Below, piece after piece: positions 36,315 to 49,937 of a stretch of DNA of 64,000 nucleotides (within the stretch, counting starts at the first letter, position 1; each line of letters opens with the position of its first letter). Origin of the DNA: Leucoraja erinacea (Eukaryota); contig NC_073392.1 in assembly GCF_028641065.1 (NCBI RefSeq), positions 29,698,001 through 29,762,000 on the forward strand, in the 5' to 3' direction. The notes under the pieces were generated by a model. It did not search any database. It saw only the letters and a list, made by a program, of their open reading frames with translations, and was not told the origin of the DNA. A program made the translations under genes and the position numbers.

Positions 36315-38719
36315 CCTTATTAATGAAGCACATTTATTCCTTGGAATGGTTTCATCCTGCCAGAAAACGGATGTGGATTAGAAACAATTCATATTAAACA
36401 CAGATTGCTTCCACTATATCTCATTATGTAACTATAAGTGTTGTTTATACCGGTCGCCAGACATAGTTGTATCTGTAATCCCTCATATGCTGAGTCAGGA
36501 TGGTGTATAATTGGCGTTAACCTAGAGGATGGTCTAAATTCTGGAACTCAATGTCATTCTTCGGGTACCTTCACCACTACACTGCTATGAGAAGATGGGT
36601 CATTACCTTCTCAAGGGCAATAATCAATAGCTAATAAATACCAGGCTTGCAAATAATACCCCATTTCCAAACAATTAATTTAAAAAAATTGCAAAGTACA
36701 GCATTCAGCCAAACTGGTCTTCATTAAGGTGAGCTCACCACATCTTTATAACCATCCCTCAAATCAGCATTACATTTACCACATGATCCTGTTTTTTTTA
36801 TCGCCTCCAGTTGTCAACTCCCCTCCACCTCCCTCCCTTCCTCGTTCAATCTGAAGAAGGGTCCCGACCCAAAACCTCATCTATCCATTTTCTCCAGAAA
36901 TGCTGCCTGACCCACTGATGGTGGTATACCACTATCTGTGGTATAAATCAGCATCTGCCGTCCCTTCCGATTATCGTTTTTCTTCACTTGTTTAATTAGC
37001 TTTGTCTTAAATATATTTATCCACTATGGTACCCTCAGTTAAAGGAAACTTCTACTAATATCAGAGGAAAGTTGACTTGATTTGTTGCATCAAATAAAAT
37101 TTAGAAGAGCAATAGGTTTATGTAGGGTTGTGCTCAGGAATTTAAATTTGACTGTTTCTGGAAGGCCTGTTACTGCATATATGTTGTACATATAAAGCAA
37201 GTGTGAGTATTTTTCATCTGCTTAATAATTACAATGCCAGGTTGGAGGAGAAATGGAGGCTGAGCATGCCTATGCTGCCCTCACCCCTACATTGCACATC
37301 AATGTTTAAAACAAAGGAGAGAAACGCAATGAAAATAGACTCACATAAGCTACAAGATAGGTTGACAGATCGGAAAGATTAGTAAGGGTGTCATGGATTA
37401 TGGGGAGAAGGCAGGGGAATGGGGTTGAGGGGAAAGACTGATCAGCCATGATTGAATGGCAGAGTAGACTCAATGGGCCGAAAGGCCAAATTCTGCTCCT
37501 CTGAATTATGGACTTAACCTATCAGAAGTCTATTCAAGAGTCTGATAATAGTGGTGAAGAAGCTGTTCTTGAATCTGGTGGTACATGCTTTTGTTTTTGT
37601 ATCTTCTGCCCTGAAAAAGAAGGAGAAGAATAACCAGAGTGCGTGCTCCTTGATTATGTTGGCTGCTTTCCTGAGATGATGTTAAGTGTAGATGGAGTCA
37701 ATGGGAGGGAAGGGTGGTGGAGAAGGCTGGTTTGTGTGAGGCCGTGTGTGTCCACAAATCTCCACAATTTCTTGTGACGTTGGGCAGAACAGTTGCCAAA
37801 CCAAGCTGTGATGCCTCTCAATAAGATGCTTTCTATGGTGCAATGATCAGTCAGTGGAAACGTGTTGAATTTCCTGAGGAAGTAGTGGCATTGGTGTGCT
37901 TTCTTGGCAGTAGTATCGATGTGGTTGGCCTAGGACAAATTGTTGGTGAAAATGTTCACTTCCAAAAGGAAAAACAGAAGGTCAGATTAATAGTAATATT
38001 ATAGATCTCTTCGATGGTAGGGAGGTCAGTATGTCCATGATGGACCTGGTGGTGTCCACTACTTTTTGTAATCTCCTTCATTCATGGGCTGAACCAAGCC
38101 ACGATGCAACCAGTCAGTATGGCACAAAGCCAAACATGGTAATACTAAGGCAATTACCAAATGCTTACTTAGAAAAGTTTAAAATACTGCATTCAAGCTG
38201 GCAAGAGTGACTGAGGGATATCTGAAGGCACCACATCCACTGGGAGAATGATTAACTTCAGGGATACTCAGTTGGAGGCCGAAGTTCGAGAAAAGGATAT
38301 ATCTAATGAGGTGAAAAATAGAGTAGTTTTCACGAAAACAAAGAGAAATTATTTTATTTCGATGACCACAATTAAAATAGCTGAAAACCATGAAATGAAA
38401 TCCCTCTTAACAAAAATATTAAACACACTTCCAATAATAATACAAGATCAAGATCACAGATTAAAAGGCACACTAGTTACAAAGTGACCAAGTTTGCATC
38501 TCCAACTGATGTCAATTCTAAAACCAACAGTTAATGATTGATAGAACATTGGTCACCAGCAGAATTTTACTTTGGAAAAGCATTGCGATTCCAAGTTACC
38601 ACAACCTAGCCACATTAATGCAACGTTGAACTGTACATTAAAATATCAATATCGCTTTCTACCAAGGAGAAATCAATCGTTGTTCAATGATATTAACAAT
38701 TTGGCAGATTGGTGAATTA

Positions 38720-38980
38720 AGAGTTCAGCTACGTCCGGGAAGCGGGTTGCCTTTCCGGCTGTTGTAGGTCGGACAGTGGATTGAATCTGGTGTGGAAGCG
38801 CAAGCAAAGATCATAGAGTGTTCTATGATCTTTGAGCACAAGTGTCGCTTCTGTCCACTTACATGATCGTTAGGAATCACCAGCGAGGAGTTGACTTCAA
38901 CTGCGCAGGGCAGCACTCGACTCGACTGTGTAACGAATAGCATTGTGGGCAGTCATGAACTACCGCCCCCTTCTCCCTTC
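38720..38980 (-). promoter_or_regulatory. Small CpG-rich promoter-like island, candidate GLYCTK non-coding first exon
   Basis: GC box CCGCCCC, ZNF143-like TGCCCACAATGC and ETS-like CCGGAA; minus-strand donor CAT|GTAAGT at 38863/38862. Confidence 0.45.
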
Positions 38981-39280
38981 CCTCCACTCTTTTAATCCTT
39001 CTCTTCTCCACAAGGGAAACCACCCTTTCAGACAACTAAATGAACGCACCTCCATTCAAGAACAAACACGAGTATAGATTAGAGACAGTAGGGACTGCAG
39101 ATTTAATTCAGAAACAAGGAACTGTAGATGCTTGTTTACCAATGAAAAACACGAAATGCTGGAGTGACTCAACGTGGCAGGCTGCATCCAAGGAGAACAT
39201 AGATAGGTGACATTTCTGGTCGGGACTCTTCTTCAGGTATTTTGATTTAATTTAGTGATTAAGGATATATTTTTTACATA

Positions 39281-39458
39281 GACCTACAAACCCACGCAAC
39301 TTTGGGATGTGGGAGGAAATTAGAGCACTGGGAGGAAACCCATGAAGGATGCCAGAAGGAGAATGTGCAAACTCCGCATAGACAGCATCGAGGTCAGGAT
39401 TGAACCCGGGTCTGGTGTAGTGAGGCAGCATCTTTAACAGCTGCGTGCTGTGCCACCC
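39281..39458 (-). mobile_element. tRNA-derived SINE (HE1/V-SINE type)
   Basis: Reverse-complement SINE head and core. Confidence 0.8.
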
Positions 39459-39929
39459 TGTGCAGATGCTAGGATCTAAATGGCTGCAGGAAAACTCAGT
39501 GGATTGGGGAGGCCAGTCAACGTTTGGAGTGGAGTTCCTCAATCAGGACTGAGAGTGCAAAGATGAGATAATATAAAAAGGCGAGAGGGAGGGGTGAGGC
39601 ACGTGATAAGTGGATTCAGGTGAGGATGGGGGCGGTGGGGGAGGGAGTGCTGGAGATAGGTACAGAGACAAGAAGGTGATTAATTGAGACAACAGGCTGC
39701 AGATGATGGAATGGAATTATTTATACCATGCTCATAAGTGAAATAAGTAGAGAGCTAGAAAGAGCAATATGTCCATAGAGTGAAATAAAATAGATAGGAT
39801 GATGATTGCTGTTATTCTGGCATAAACATTCTTATCTGCTCCAGCTATCAGAATGCCCTGTCAAGACATTTAGAAAATATAAACATTATGGAGTAGAGTT
39901 AACCTGGGTTTATGAAAGAGAAGTGAGAC

Positions 39930-40550
39930 ACAACAAAGTGTAGATGCTGGAATCTTGTGTAAAAGTGCTTGAGTAACTCAGAGGGTCAGGAAGTACTTCT
40001 GGATGACTTGGATAGGCAATGTTTATGGTTGGGACCCTTCTTCAGACTGATTGTAGAGGGGGGAAAATCCTTGCAAGTGATAGGTGGAGAGGGGGTGTTG
40101 ATTGGCAGACGGGTGGACGAAGGTTAGTGATGAGACAAAAGTGTGTCAGATAAGTGTTCATTTTGTCATCCTTTTCTCTCATTCTTGTTTCTAACCTTTG
40201 TCCGTCCATCTGCCAATCGAAATTTTGAAATATCTCTAACGTCAATTAACCCTTGCTTTCCCTCTCTCTCCATCCCTCCCCCACCCTAGTTCTCTGACTA
40301 GTTTCACTGTTATTCTGCTTAAGTTTACTGATTGTATGCCCCTTTCAACTAACACTGCACCATTCTACATTTCCTTATCATCGTCTGCTTTGATCTGTAA
40401 TTTTCACACCTTACCCCTGCATATCTCTAGACTCCCTCTCCCCTGACTCTCAGTCTGAAGATGGGTCTCAACTGGAAACTTCACCCATTTGTTCTCTCCT
40501 GTGATACTGCCTGTCCTTCTGAATTACTCCAATATTTTGTGTCTATCTTT
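39930..40550. mobile_element. Inverted arrangement of two Penelope-like pLTRs
   Basis: Minus copy (hammerhead relic ~40015-40045) and plus copy (CAGTCTGAAGATGGGTCTCAACTGGAAAC at ~40451) pointing outward. Confidence 0.7.
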
Positions 40551-40791
40551 GGTAAGATCATATCTGAAATGTTGTGTATCATTTTGGTCATGTAAATAAT
40601 GATATATTGGCTTCAGAGAGTGCAGTGAAGCTTATACGAAGTTGTTAGCTGATTTCACCTGTGCAAATGTGCACATGCATGTAAGTAAACTACAGGCTGG
40701 ATAGTAATAGCCTTCAAGGGGGTATAGAAGTTAATAGAATGGATGGATAGGCAGCAGGACAAATTTGGTGTTTGGAAACACACGTTATATT

Positions 40792-41655
40792 AACCATATA
40801 ACCATATAACAATTACAGCACGGAAACAGGCCATCTCGGCCCTACAAGTCCGTGCCGAACAACTTTTTTTCCTCCTTAGTCCCACCTGCCTGCACTCGTA
40901 CCATAACCCTCCATTCCCTTCTCATCCATATGCCTATCCAATTTATTTTTAAATGATACCAATGGACCTGCCTACACCACTTCCATTGGAAGCTCATTCC
41001 ACACCGCTACCACTCTCTGAGTAAAGAAGTACCCCCTCATATTACCCCTAAACTTCTGTCCCTTCATTCTGAAGTCGTGTCTTCTTGTTTGAATCTTCCC
41101 TATTCTCAAAGGGAAAAGCTTGTCCACATCAACTCTGTCTATCCCTCTCATCATTTTAAAGACCTCTATCAAGTCCCCCCCTTAACCTTCTGCGCTCCAG
41201 AGAATAAAGACGTAACTTATTCAACCTATCTCTGTAACTTAGTTGTTGAAACCCAGGCAACATTCTAGTAAATCTCCTCTGTACTCTCTCTATTTTGTTG
41301 ACATCCTTCCTATAATTGGGCGACCAAAATTGTACACCATACTCCAGATTTGGCCTCACCAATGCCTTGTACAATTTTAACATTACATCCCAACTTCTAT
41401 ACTCAATGCTCTGATTTATGAAGACTAGCATACCAAAAGCTTTCTTTACCACCCTATCTATATGAGATTCCACCTTCAAGGAACTATGCACGGTTATACC
41501 CAGATCCCTCTGTTCAACTGTATTCTTCAATTCCCTACCATTTACAATGTACGTCCTATTTTGATTTGTCCTGCCAAGGTGTAGCACCTCACATTTATCA
41601 GCATTAAACTCCATCTGCCATCTTTCAGCCCATTTTTCCAAATGGCCTAAATCAC
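40792..41655 (-). mobile_element. Relatively young 5'-truncated CR1 LINE
   Basis: Long ORF2 remnant (WQMEFNADKC..LYKALVRPNLEY..FFTQRVVAVWNELP), one frameshift, 8-nt repeat tail, TATATT candidate TSD. Confidence 0.92.
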
Positions 41656-42429
41656 TATATTTTTGGTAGGAAGAATGAGAAAAGGTCAAATAAATTGCAA
41701 AAGTGATATAACAGTGGAGTGAGCACAAATATGTATTTCATTAAACGTGGCTGGGGAGATTGAGAAAGTTGTTTAACAAACATGGGACTTTCAGCTTTAT
41801 AAATTCTAACACCTGAAGCATTCTATCTAGTTTCAGATGCCACACCTTTGGAAAGATTTAGAGAAGGTGCAGCAGAGATTTAAGATATAAAAAGTGGTGA
41901 ATTTAGGTCGAATGGAGAATCTGGCTGGTTCTCCTTGAAACAGAAGTATTCGATGCAGCAAATAATAAAGCTGTTTAAAATTACAAAGGCAGGAAATTAA
42001 AATTACAAAGGCAAGAGTCTGGAAGCAGAGAACAGTCTGAGAAGGGTGCCTACCCAAAACATCACATATTCCCTTTCTCCAGAGATGCTGTCTGACCAGC
42101 TATGTTACTCAATCACTTTGTGCCTATCCTCTACCTTGAGTATTTTGTGTTTTCTCCAAAACACGGAATCTGTAGTTTCTTGTGTCTAAAAATACAGGTG
42201 GTTGCATATTGTCCAGATGTGGGGTTTCGACAATTCCTTTCTCTCTCCACAGATGCTGCTGGACCTGCTGAGTTTCTCCAGCAGATTGTTTGTGAGTCTA
42301 CAGACTCATGAGACTACAGATGCTCAGAGGCAAGAAATAAATTGGCAGATATAGTGATGGAGGCATACTCTACTGTAAGCGTGCAAAAACGAGGGCTGGT
42401 TAAGGATCAGCAAGCGGAGGTGAATTGAG

Positions 42430-43011
42430 ACAGGTTGCCCTTACGCAAGGAGGTACCTACTCCACCTGCAGCCATTTTGCGTCAGGCTCACCCCATCTCC
42501 CTGGCAACCTCAACCGCCCTGGTTTCCCTGACAACCTCTGCACTGCCCCGCCCCCGTCACCCTGACAACCTCACCCTCTCTGACAACCCAAGTCCCCCGG
42601 ACCAAGATCCTATTGGATCTTTGCCCCGGACAACCGCCCTCGCTCTGACAACCTCCCCCCCGCCCCATCCCCCCCCCCCCCCCGCATGACAACCCCCCCC
42701 CCCCCCATCTCCTCTCCCTGGCAACCCTTGCCCCGCCCCCGTCTCCCTGGCGACGGGCGGTGGGTATTCTGGGCTGTGGCATCTTCCCGCCAACCAGCGC
42801 CGTGCTCCCAGGATGCGCGGCGCGGAGACGGCGTGTGGCGGCGGTTGGAGCGGCCGGGCGGCCATTTTACCCGCTGCCTCTGGCGCGCCCGGCATCGGCA
42901 TCGGGGTAGGGCGAGAGGGAGAGGACCCTTTCCCGCCGCGCTGCCAACCTTTCATCGTCCAACGCTCCTTCCTTCATCGCCGCCGCCGATGCTGGTGCCC
43001 GAGAAGGGGAG
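42430..43011. promoter_or_regulatory. CpG-island promoter of WDR82, possibly bidirectional with GLYCTK
   Basis: CpG-dense, GC boxes, YY1-like GCCATTTT at 42471 and ~42862; lies between the head-to-head genes. Confidence 0.7.
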
Positions 43012-43172
43012 ATGAAGCTGACGGACAACGTGCTGCGCAGCTTCCGAGTGGCCAAGGTGTTCCGGGAGAACAACGACAAGATCAACTGCTTCGACTTCTC
43101 CCCCAACGGCGAGACCCTCATCTCCAGCAGCGACGACGACTCTATCGTCCTCTACGACTGCCAGGAGGGCAA
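43012..43172 (+). CDS. WDR82: WD repeat-containing protein 82, exon 1
   Basis: [53 protein letters not shown]; GTGAGT donor. Confidence 0.98.
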
Positions 43173-46100
43173 GTGAGTGAAACCATCGGCTCCCCTCGGC
43201 CCGGGTGCGAAATCGCGCCGACCACGAGGCCCGCGGCTCTCGGCCTCGATTTTCACAAAGGCCGGGCCCTGTCCCGGGGCTCCGGCTTCCGCCTTGCCCT
43301 AGCCAGCACAGCACGGGAAGCTGCAACATCAGCTGTCATTTAATATTTATGGAGCCTGTAGTGCTCGTGTTAACCCCATCGGTCACCTCACGGCCCGCTT
43401 AATCGGAATGAAAGCAAAGCGACCTCCATCCCGAGGGACCGCCCTACGAGAATGTTGGGTGATCGAGCAGTAGTAATAGATGAGTAGTAATACAGTAGTG
43501 GGATAGGAACAGTAATACAGCGGTAGGGAAATAAAGCATTTAGATACTGGCGGAGTAATATAGCAGCAGAATGAATATAGCAGTAGAGTAATATAGTAGT
43601 AGGATGTTATAATGGTAATATAGTAGGGTGTTATAGCAGTAATGTCGACGTGTTTGGAACAGGCAGGTGCAGAGAGGTATTACTAATAATATATTACAAT
43701 GTAAGGGACATGTTAATGTCCCATCTTTGACCTTTAGTTCTCTGGATGTTGACCTGAGATCTCGCTTCTGTGGAAATTTGTACCGAGCTTCAGTTAGTTG
43801 TGACAAATGGGAATTGTGTATGGCAAGGCATTACATATGACAATATTCTGTGGTAATAAGACACATACATGTATACTTTCTGCGAGGAAGAGAACCTGCG
43901 TGTTTGTGGTGCTATCAACCTTGCAAAGCCATTCCCAAGGCACCTGACTAAGTAACCAGGTGAAATATCCATGCTGAGCTTAAGATGCAGCTACTTAAGT
44001 GGCGAGTGAGAGCTTGGTTGTTGAATTGGGGTTTAGAGGTGGGGGTGGGTTACATTTAGAGGACCTAGTTTCAGAGTTTTGGGCTGGGTTTAGAAACAAG
44101 GATTGGGGGGGGAAAGGTGTCTGCGAGTGGTAGTGTGGACCAAAGATCTTTGGTGTGGACGTTTGTGAGGTTAGAGTGGAAGAAATGCATGCTGGTTATT
44201 GGGCTGAAAAGGTTACTATTGGAAGAGACAAAGTTGTAATTGGACACAAGTACAAGTTCATGCAATGTGCTTGATCATATTGAATGGTGGTGCAGGCTCG
44301 AAGGGCCGAATGGCCTACTCCTGCACTTAATTTCTATGTTTCTATGTCCATTCTTTATTAAGATTTTTTTTTAAATGAGAAATGGTTTGTTCTATTTCCT
44401 TACCCATTCTTGGTTTGGCACTATGCTGTGATTGCTGCTCATTGCAGAAATAAATCTTGGCAGTTTTTAATGCTGGTGGTACAGTCATTATATCTGTTGA
44501 GGGGTTACAGTTCCTGATTATCTCAGTCCATAACCCCACTTGCAGTTTTCCAGTCATATGGGAGAGATGCATTGGAATATACAATTAAAGAAGGTTAACC
44601 TTGTGATTTCGGTGCAGGTATTAAATGCCCCAATTAATAGCATACAAATGCCTTTTTAGCAGATGGGAACATCGGAAAGTGAATGTTATCAGGATATGAA
44701 TGTGATCTATGCCAAATTACTTGTTCCCTACAAAGGGTGTTTCAAGACTTTTCTTGGTGTAATTAGTTTACAAGAGGATGTGAATGATATAGGCACAGTG
44801 GGCTCTACATGTTGTTTCTACAATGATAACATTGATTTTTATTTGTTACTTTCATCATTGTAACCAAGATGGTCTATTGAAGGACTATGACAGTAAATTT
44901 TACGTGCTAACGGATAAAATAATATGCACTTACCGACTACCTTGGCTGTAATCATTATGCCAACTTACAAGGTATATTTTTGTTAGCATATCCAGAAAAT
45001 AAAAAGCATCCTCACTGAATATCAACCCAGAAGGCTGTTACAGCTCTGCTGTATCCCCTTGCAAATATTGTCAGAAGGTAATTTTGAGCCATACATCTCG
45101 TCAGTAAGAGAAGTAAGCCAAAGGCTACCTATTTTAGAGTAATATACAACATATTTTCCACTAATTTCACGTTTAAATAAACACATAGGAGTAAGAGGAG
45201 GACTAAAGACAACTGTAAGAAAATAAATTGAAGTAAACTAATTTCAGTGACTGGTTTGGATGAATGGTTGAAGTTATAGTCAGAGATGTATCCGGGTCAG
45301 GCAGCATCTGTTACTAGAGTGGGCAAGCTACCTTTGGAGTTGAGGCGCTTCTTAAAACCCCAAGGTAAAGTTGTGCAGCACAGAATGCTCCCTTTGGTTC
45401 ACCATGTCCACGTCAACCATTTTTCCCATCTTTGCTAGATGCATTGCCAGGTGAGGTGCTGGGTGCAGATACAATAGTGGTGTTTAAGAACCATTGAGAG
45501 GGATTTGGGTATGCAGGCAGTGTTGCAATATGGATCAAGTGCAGACAGGGAAGTTATTCATTTGACTTGGCATAGTCGGCACAGACATTGGGCCGAAGGG
45601 CCTGTTCCTGTTCTGTACTGTTCTATCAAAATACAGTTCACTTGAATTTTGCTAAGTTCATTCATATTTCACCTTCTACCTTATCCTCATGTACCAGTTT
45701 CTCATTTCCTTCTGTAAAGTATATGAGAATTGTTATTTTCAAAAAGAACCCGTTAAACTAATGCAAATGCTTCAACATAATTAGCTATTCATCTGAATCA
45801 TTGCATCGCTGTATTGGATTGCAGAGATTTCATTGAATTAATATCTGACCTGTGCAAGCCAGCAATGTGATTGCTAGATTATTATTCCCTGCTTCCTTTG
45901 GGGTCAGTTGCAAGTGCCGACCAGACTAATCTTTGCTCTTTGCACAGAATAGAGGGGCATCTGATTTGTCGTAGGCAAGAATAGTAGTTGCTGTCAAATC
46001 TTAAGATGTTTATTTCAAAATTATTTATTGTAATCAATGCCATGGAGGACCCACCAGGGTGGTTTGCTGCTTATTATGCAATCAAGCCAATTACCTTTAT

Positions 46101-46218
46101 CACACTTTTTCCACTTAATTCCTGGACACAAATATTCCAAACTAAAATCAAATTATAATTTTTTTAAGCCACCGCAAATGTCATCATTCAGTTGATGTAT
46201 ATCTTTCTTATCTGTTAG

Positions 46219-46316
46219 GCCAAAGAGGACATTGTACAGTAAGAAGTATGGAGTTGATCTGATTAGGTACACACATGCAGCAAACACTGTGGTTTACAGC
46301 TCAAACAAAATTGATG
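46219..46316 (+). CDS. WDR82: WDR82 exon 2
   Basis: [32 protein letters not shown]; 98 nt, AG/GT. Confidence 0.97.
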
Positions 46317-46879
46317 GTAAGTAATGTTTAAAATTCTGGCTTACAGGTACGTGCTGCTTTGACATTCTTGAGGCCTGGTTGTTCTTTGCTTTATAAAATA
46401 GTCACAATATAAAGCCCTTCTGTCACATAAATCCAAACACTAGATCTGATTAATAATTTGTACAGTAATGGCACATTCAATTAATCATTTACATAGTTTT
46501 AGACCCGTGATTTTCTATAGAACCCCAACTATGTTAACTAATCGCTTGTTTTTTCTTTTTGATTTTCTTTTCTCAGTAAGTTTAATGCTATAATGACGCT
46601 TGGAATAATGACGTTTCTGCCTTGTTGATGAAAAAAACATTATTTTGAAATCTTGTGATCAGTTGGATGTTAGGACTGTTTAATGATTGAATTGTATCTC
46701 CAATGTAAAATATTGATGTTGAGAATAATAGTTATGGAGGAAAGGGTGATTTGATGAATATTGGCTAGTATACTTGTTTATCGAGCCGCAATTTTGCGTT
46801 TTGTCTAATATTTGTTAGAATCCTCAATAAATACTGAACCTACACAGCAAATGTGTCTTAGTGATGTTATAATAGTAAG

Positions 46880-47625
46880 AGTTATAGGCAGCATGGACAG
46901 TCCTTAAGCTCAACTCATCTATGCCGACCAGCTGGTCCCATTTCCCTGTGTTTCCCCCTTATCCCTCTCAAGCTTTCCTATCCATGTCTGTGTCCCAGTC
47001 TTTCAACTCCTTCTGGCAGTTTGTTTCACATGCCTGACGTTCTCTTGTGGAAAATGTTGCCCCTCAGAGCCTCCTAAATCTTTTCCCTCTCACTTTAAGC
47101 CTGTGCCCTCTAGTTTTAAGGCCCTGTCCCACTTGACGATTTTCTTTTGGCGACTGCCGACATAATTGACTAACCATCAGGTCACCGAAAAATATGCGGC
47201 ATGATGATGTCTGACGCGCGGTGTTTTTTTTAAAAAGTTTTGCAACATTTTTTTTGTCACTGCTGGATTTTGAAATGTTCAACATTTTTTGGCGACACTG
47301 ATATGATGCCGGCAGTCGCCAAAAAAAATAGCTAAGTGGGACAGGCCCTTTAGGCACCTTTCTGTGCCCAAAAGACTAACCATTCACCCATTCTATGTCA
47401 CTCATGATTTGGTATATCTCTATAACGTAACCCATGGTCTCGTACACTCCAGGGAAAAATCTCCGACTTATCCAGCCTCTTCATATAACTGAAGCCCTCC
47501 AGTCTTGGAATCATTCTTGTGAATCTTGTCTGCACCTCGTCCACCTTAAAGGCATCCTTCCTGTATCTAAGCAACATGTACTACATGAATATTCCAAGTG
47601 TGGCCTCAGTCATGTTTTGTACAAT
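46880..47625 (-). mobile_element. Degenerate CR1 3' fragment hosting a MITE
   Basis: TRGHRLKVRGKRF motif on the minus strand; boundaries approximate. Confidence 0.7.
47119..47349. mobile_element. PIF/Harbinger-type MITE
   Basis: TIR AGGCCCTGTCCCACTT / AAGTGGGACAGGCCCT (one mismatch) with 3-bp TTA TSD; subterminal GGCGACTGCCG inverted repeat. Confidence 0.85.
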
Positions 47626-48678
47626 TGTACATTTGTTAGAAGACTATTTGCATTACATTTGGTAACTTTTGAACATACCAATTATTCTATGAATATAGAT
47701 ATTCCAATTCATGGTTTTGTTTCGCTTTTAATATTCAACATAAACCAACTCAAGACCTTTCTGTGACGATAGTCCACTGTGGGTGTACTTTGGTTATAAG
47801 AGCAATGGATCTATTCTGTAATTTATATCGAGGACAATGAAATGAAAACTTGGTTGTTAGCCTTGTGACCGACTGCAACACAATATATTTTCCTCTTGCT
47901 GTGTCTGGCTTGCTGCAGGTTCTTCTAGTCAGACTTCCCTGTCTCTTCTGACTGCACCATACTTTTGTGTGCTTTTTTTTAATAAGCATGCCAGCCAACA
48001 ATCCCTTGAGCTACATTTTGTATTCTTCATTAGTAGCCTCCTTTATTTCACCAGATTAACTTTTTTCTTATCCCTATTTGCTTTCTTGCAGTCTGAACCA
48101 AAATGAAATTTTCACATTTGCTGTCTAGCATTCTGTCAGAATTGTCTTTTGTTTCAGTCACGGCTCTTCCTATATCTCAACTCATCCTTTTGTGCTCTTC
48201 ATCTGTTAATCGGGTTTTATCTGTTTCTCTAATTGCTAATACTTTGTTGGATCTAATGTACTTGACCTGTCCTCAGTTATGTGTGCTTCCAACATAACAC
48301 CAGTATCATTTACTCACCATCAATCCGAATGAGTCAAAAATGCTGCGTATGCAGCCATTCATTGTTAATATTTTTACTTAACATTATTTATACATACTGC
48401 GTTTCCTTTGCACAAATTTAATAATACTGTTCCATTATAACAAGGATATCAAAACTCCAAGACTTATTAGCAACACTTGAATAGCTTGTACTTTAAAACC
48501 TGGTTTTGTTTGTGCCTAATACATGGCTCTGATCATTGTAGACTTCTGTAGTTGAGATATTCCGTATCAGAAGCTTCATCTGTACGACAAACAAGACACC
48601 TGCCCTGTGGTTTTGGGATTGTTCAAGTTGTACAGAAATGCGATTGTTGGAAGCAGTTGATGTATTTGCTTAAATTTC

Positions 48679-49452
48679 ATTAAATGTCATTAAAACCTCT
48701 TTCTTTCATCTCCGCAACATCGCCAAACTCAGACCCTCTCGCACCTCCCGCTGCTGAAAGACTCATCCATGCCTTCATTTCCTCCCGACTGGACTATTGC
48801 AACTCACTTCTCCTTGGCATCAGCTCCACCTACATCAACCGACTCCAACTGGTCCAGAACGCAGCCGCCCGACTCATCACCCACACCAAATCCTGGCATC
48901 ACATCACTCCAGTCCTCAAACAACTTCACTGGCTTCCCATCTCCCACCGGATCACCTACAAAATCCTGATCCTCACCTACAAAGCCCTCCACCATCAGGC
49001 CCCCCCATATCTCACTGACCTCCTCTCCCACTACCAACCCTCACGGTCCCTCAGATCCAAATCAGCCGGTCTCCTCTCCATCCACAAGTCCAACCTCCGC
49101 AGTTTTGGGGACAGAGCCTTCTCCAGGGCAGCTCCCAGGCTCTGGAACTCCCTCCCCCAACTGATCCGCAATTCCGTGTCCCTCACCATCTTCCAGTCCC
49201 GCCTCAAGACCCATCTCTTCACCTCTGCCTATCCTTAGCCCCACGTCCCCCTCCCTTTTCACCTGTGCATTAATTGCCTCATATTGTGTTTTGAATTGTA
49301 TTCTGTCTTTACTTTGTGTACTAGTCATGTCTCTACTATTTATTTCATTCCCCTTACATGTTTTTCCTCTACCTGCTAAATTTTTGTAAGGTGTCCTTGA
49401 GACTCTTGAAAGGCGCCCATAAATAAAATTTATTATTATTATTATTATTATT
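48679..49452 (+). mobile_element. L2 LINE 3' end, young, 5'-truncated
   Basis: ORF RLIHAFISSRLDYCNSLL..LQLVQNAAARL..LHWLP..AFSRAAPRLWNSLP..LKTHLF; AATAAA and (ATT)n tail. Confidence 0.92.
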
Positions 49453-49937
49453 AAATTTGATAATGAAATATAATTGTGATTGAATCTGTCTTGACACTGT
49501 TCACTGCTGCATTAAGTTACATAATTTTGTTTGTCTGAATGACCAATAATATCATGATCTGATAATCCTGTGGAGAAAAAAAAATCATTATCAGCCAATG
49601 TTGATCTTTCCTGAACAATGAGGATTTTTAAAAGTTAATTATATGGAATTGTAAATTGGGTGCATTCAATGCCTTGAATATTATGTTTATCTGGAACACT
49701 TCTCCAGAAAATGCTAGACAATGTGGATCAATTGATTGCTGAATCAAAATCAATTACTGTTCTCTGCCTTTGAAAAGTTAGACTGGTCCAGTTGAAACAA
49801 CTCTGATCAAATGACATAATTCACTTTTGAAAACCAACTTGTCATAGGTGTTCTGTATTTACAGAACTTTAGTATTGATATCCTGTTTCCTGTGTGATCA
49901 ACCAATGCACCGGATGTCTATGCTACTATCTGTGCCT

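Noticed and set aside
43465-43700. Degenerate AGTAATATAGYAG repeats
   Set aside because: Low-complexity simple repeat with no regular repeat-spacer structure; not a CRISPR array.
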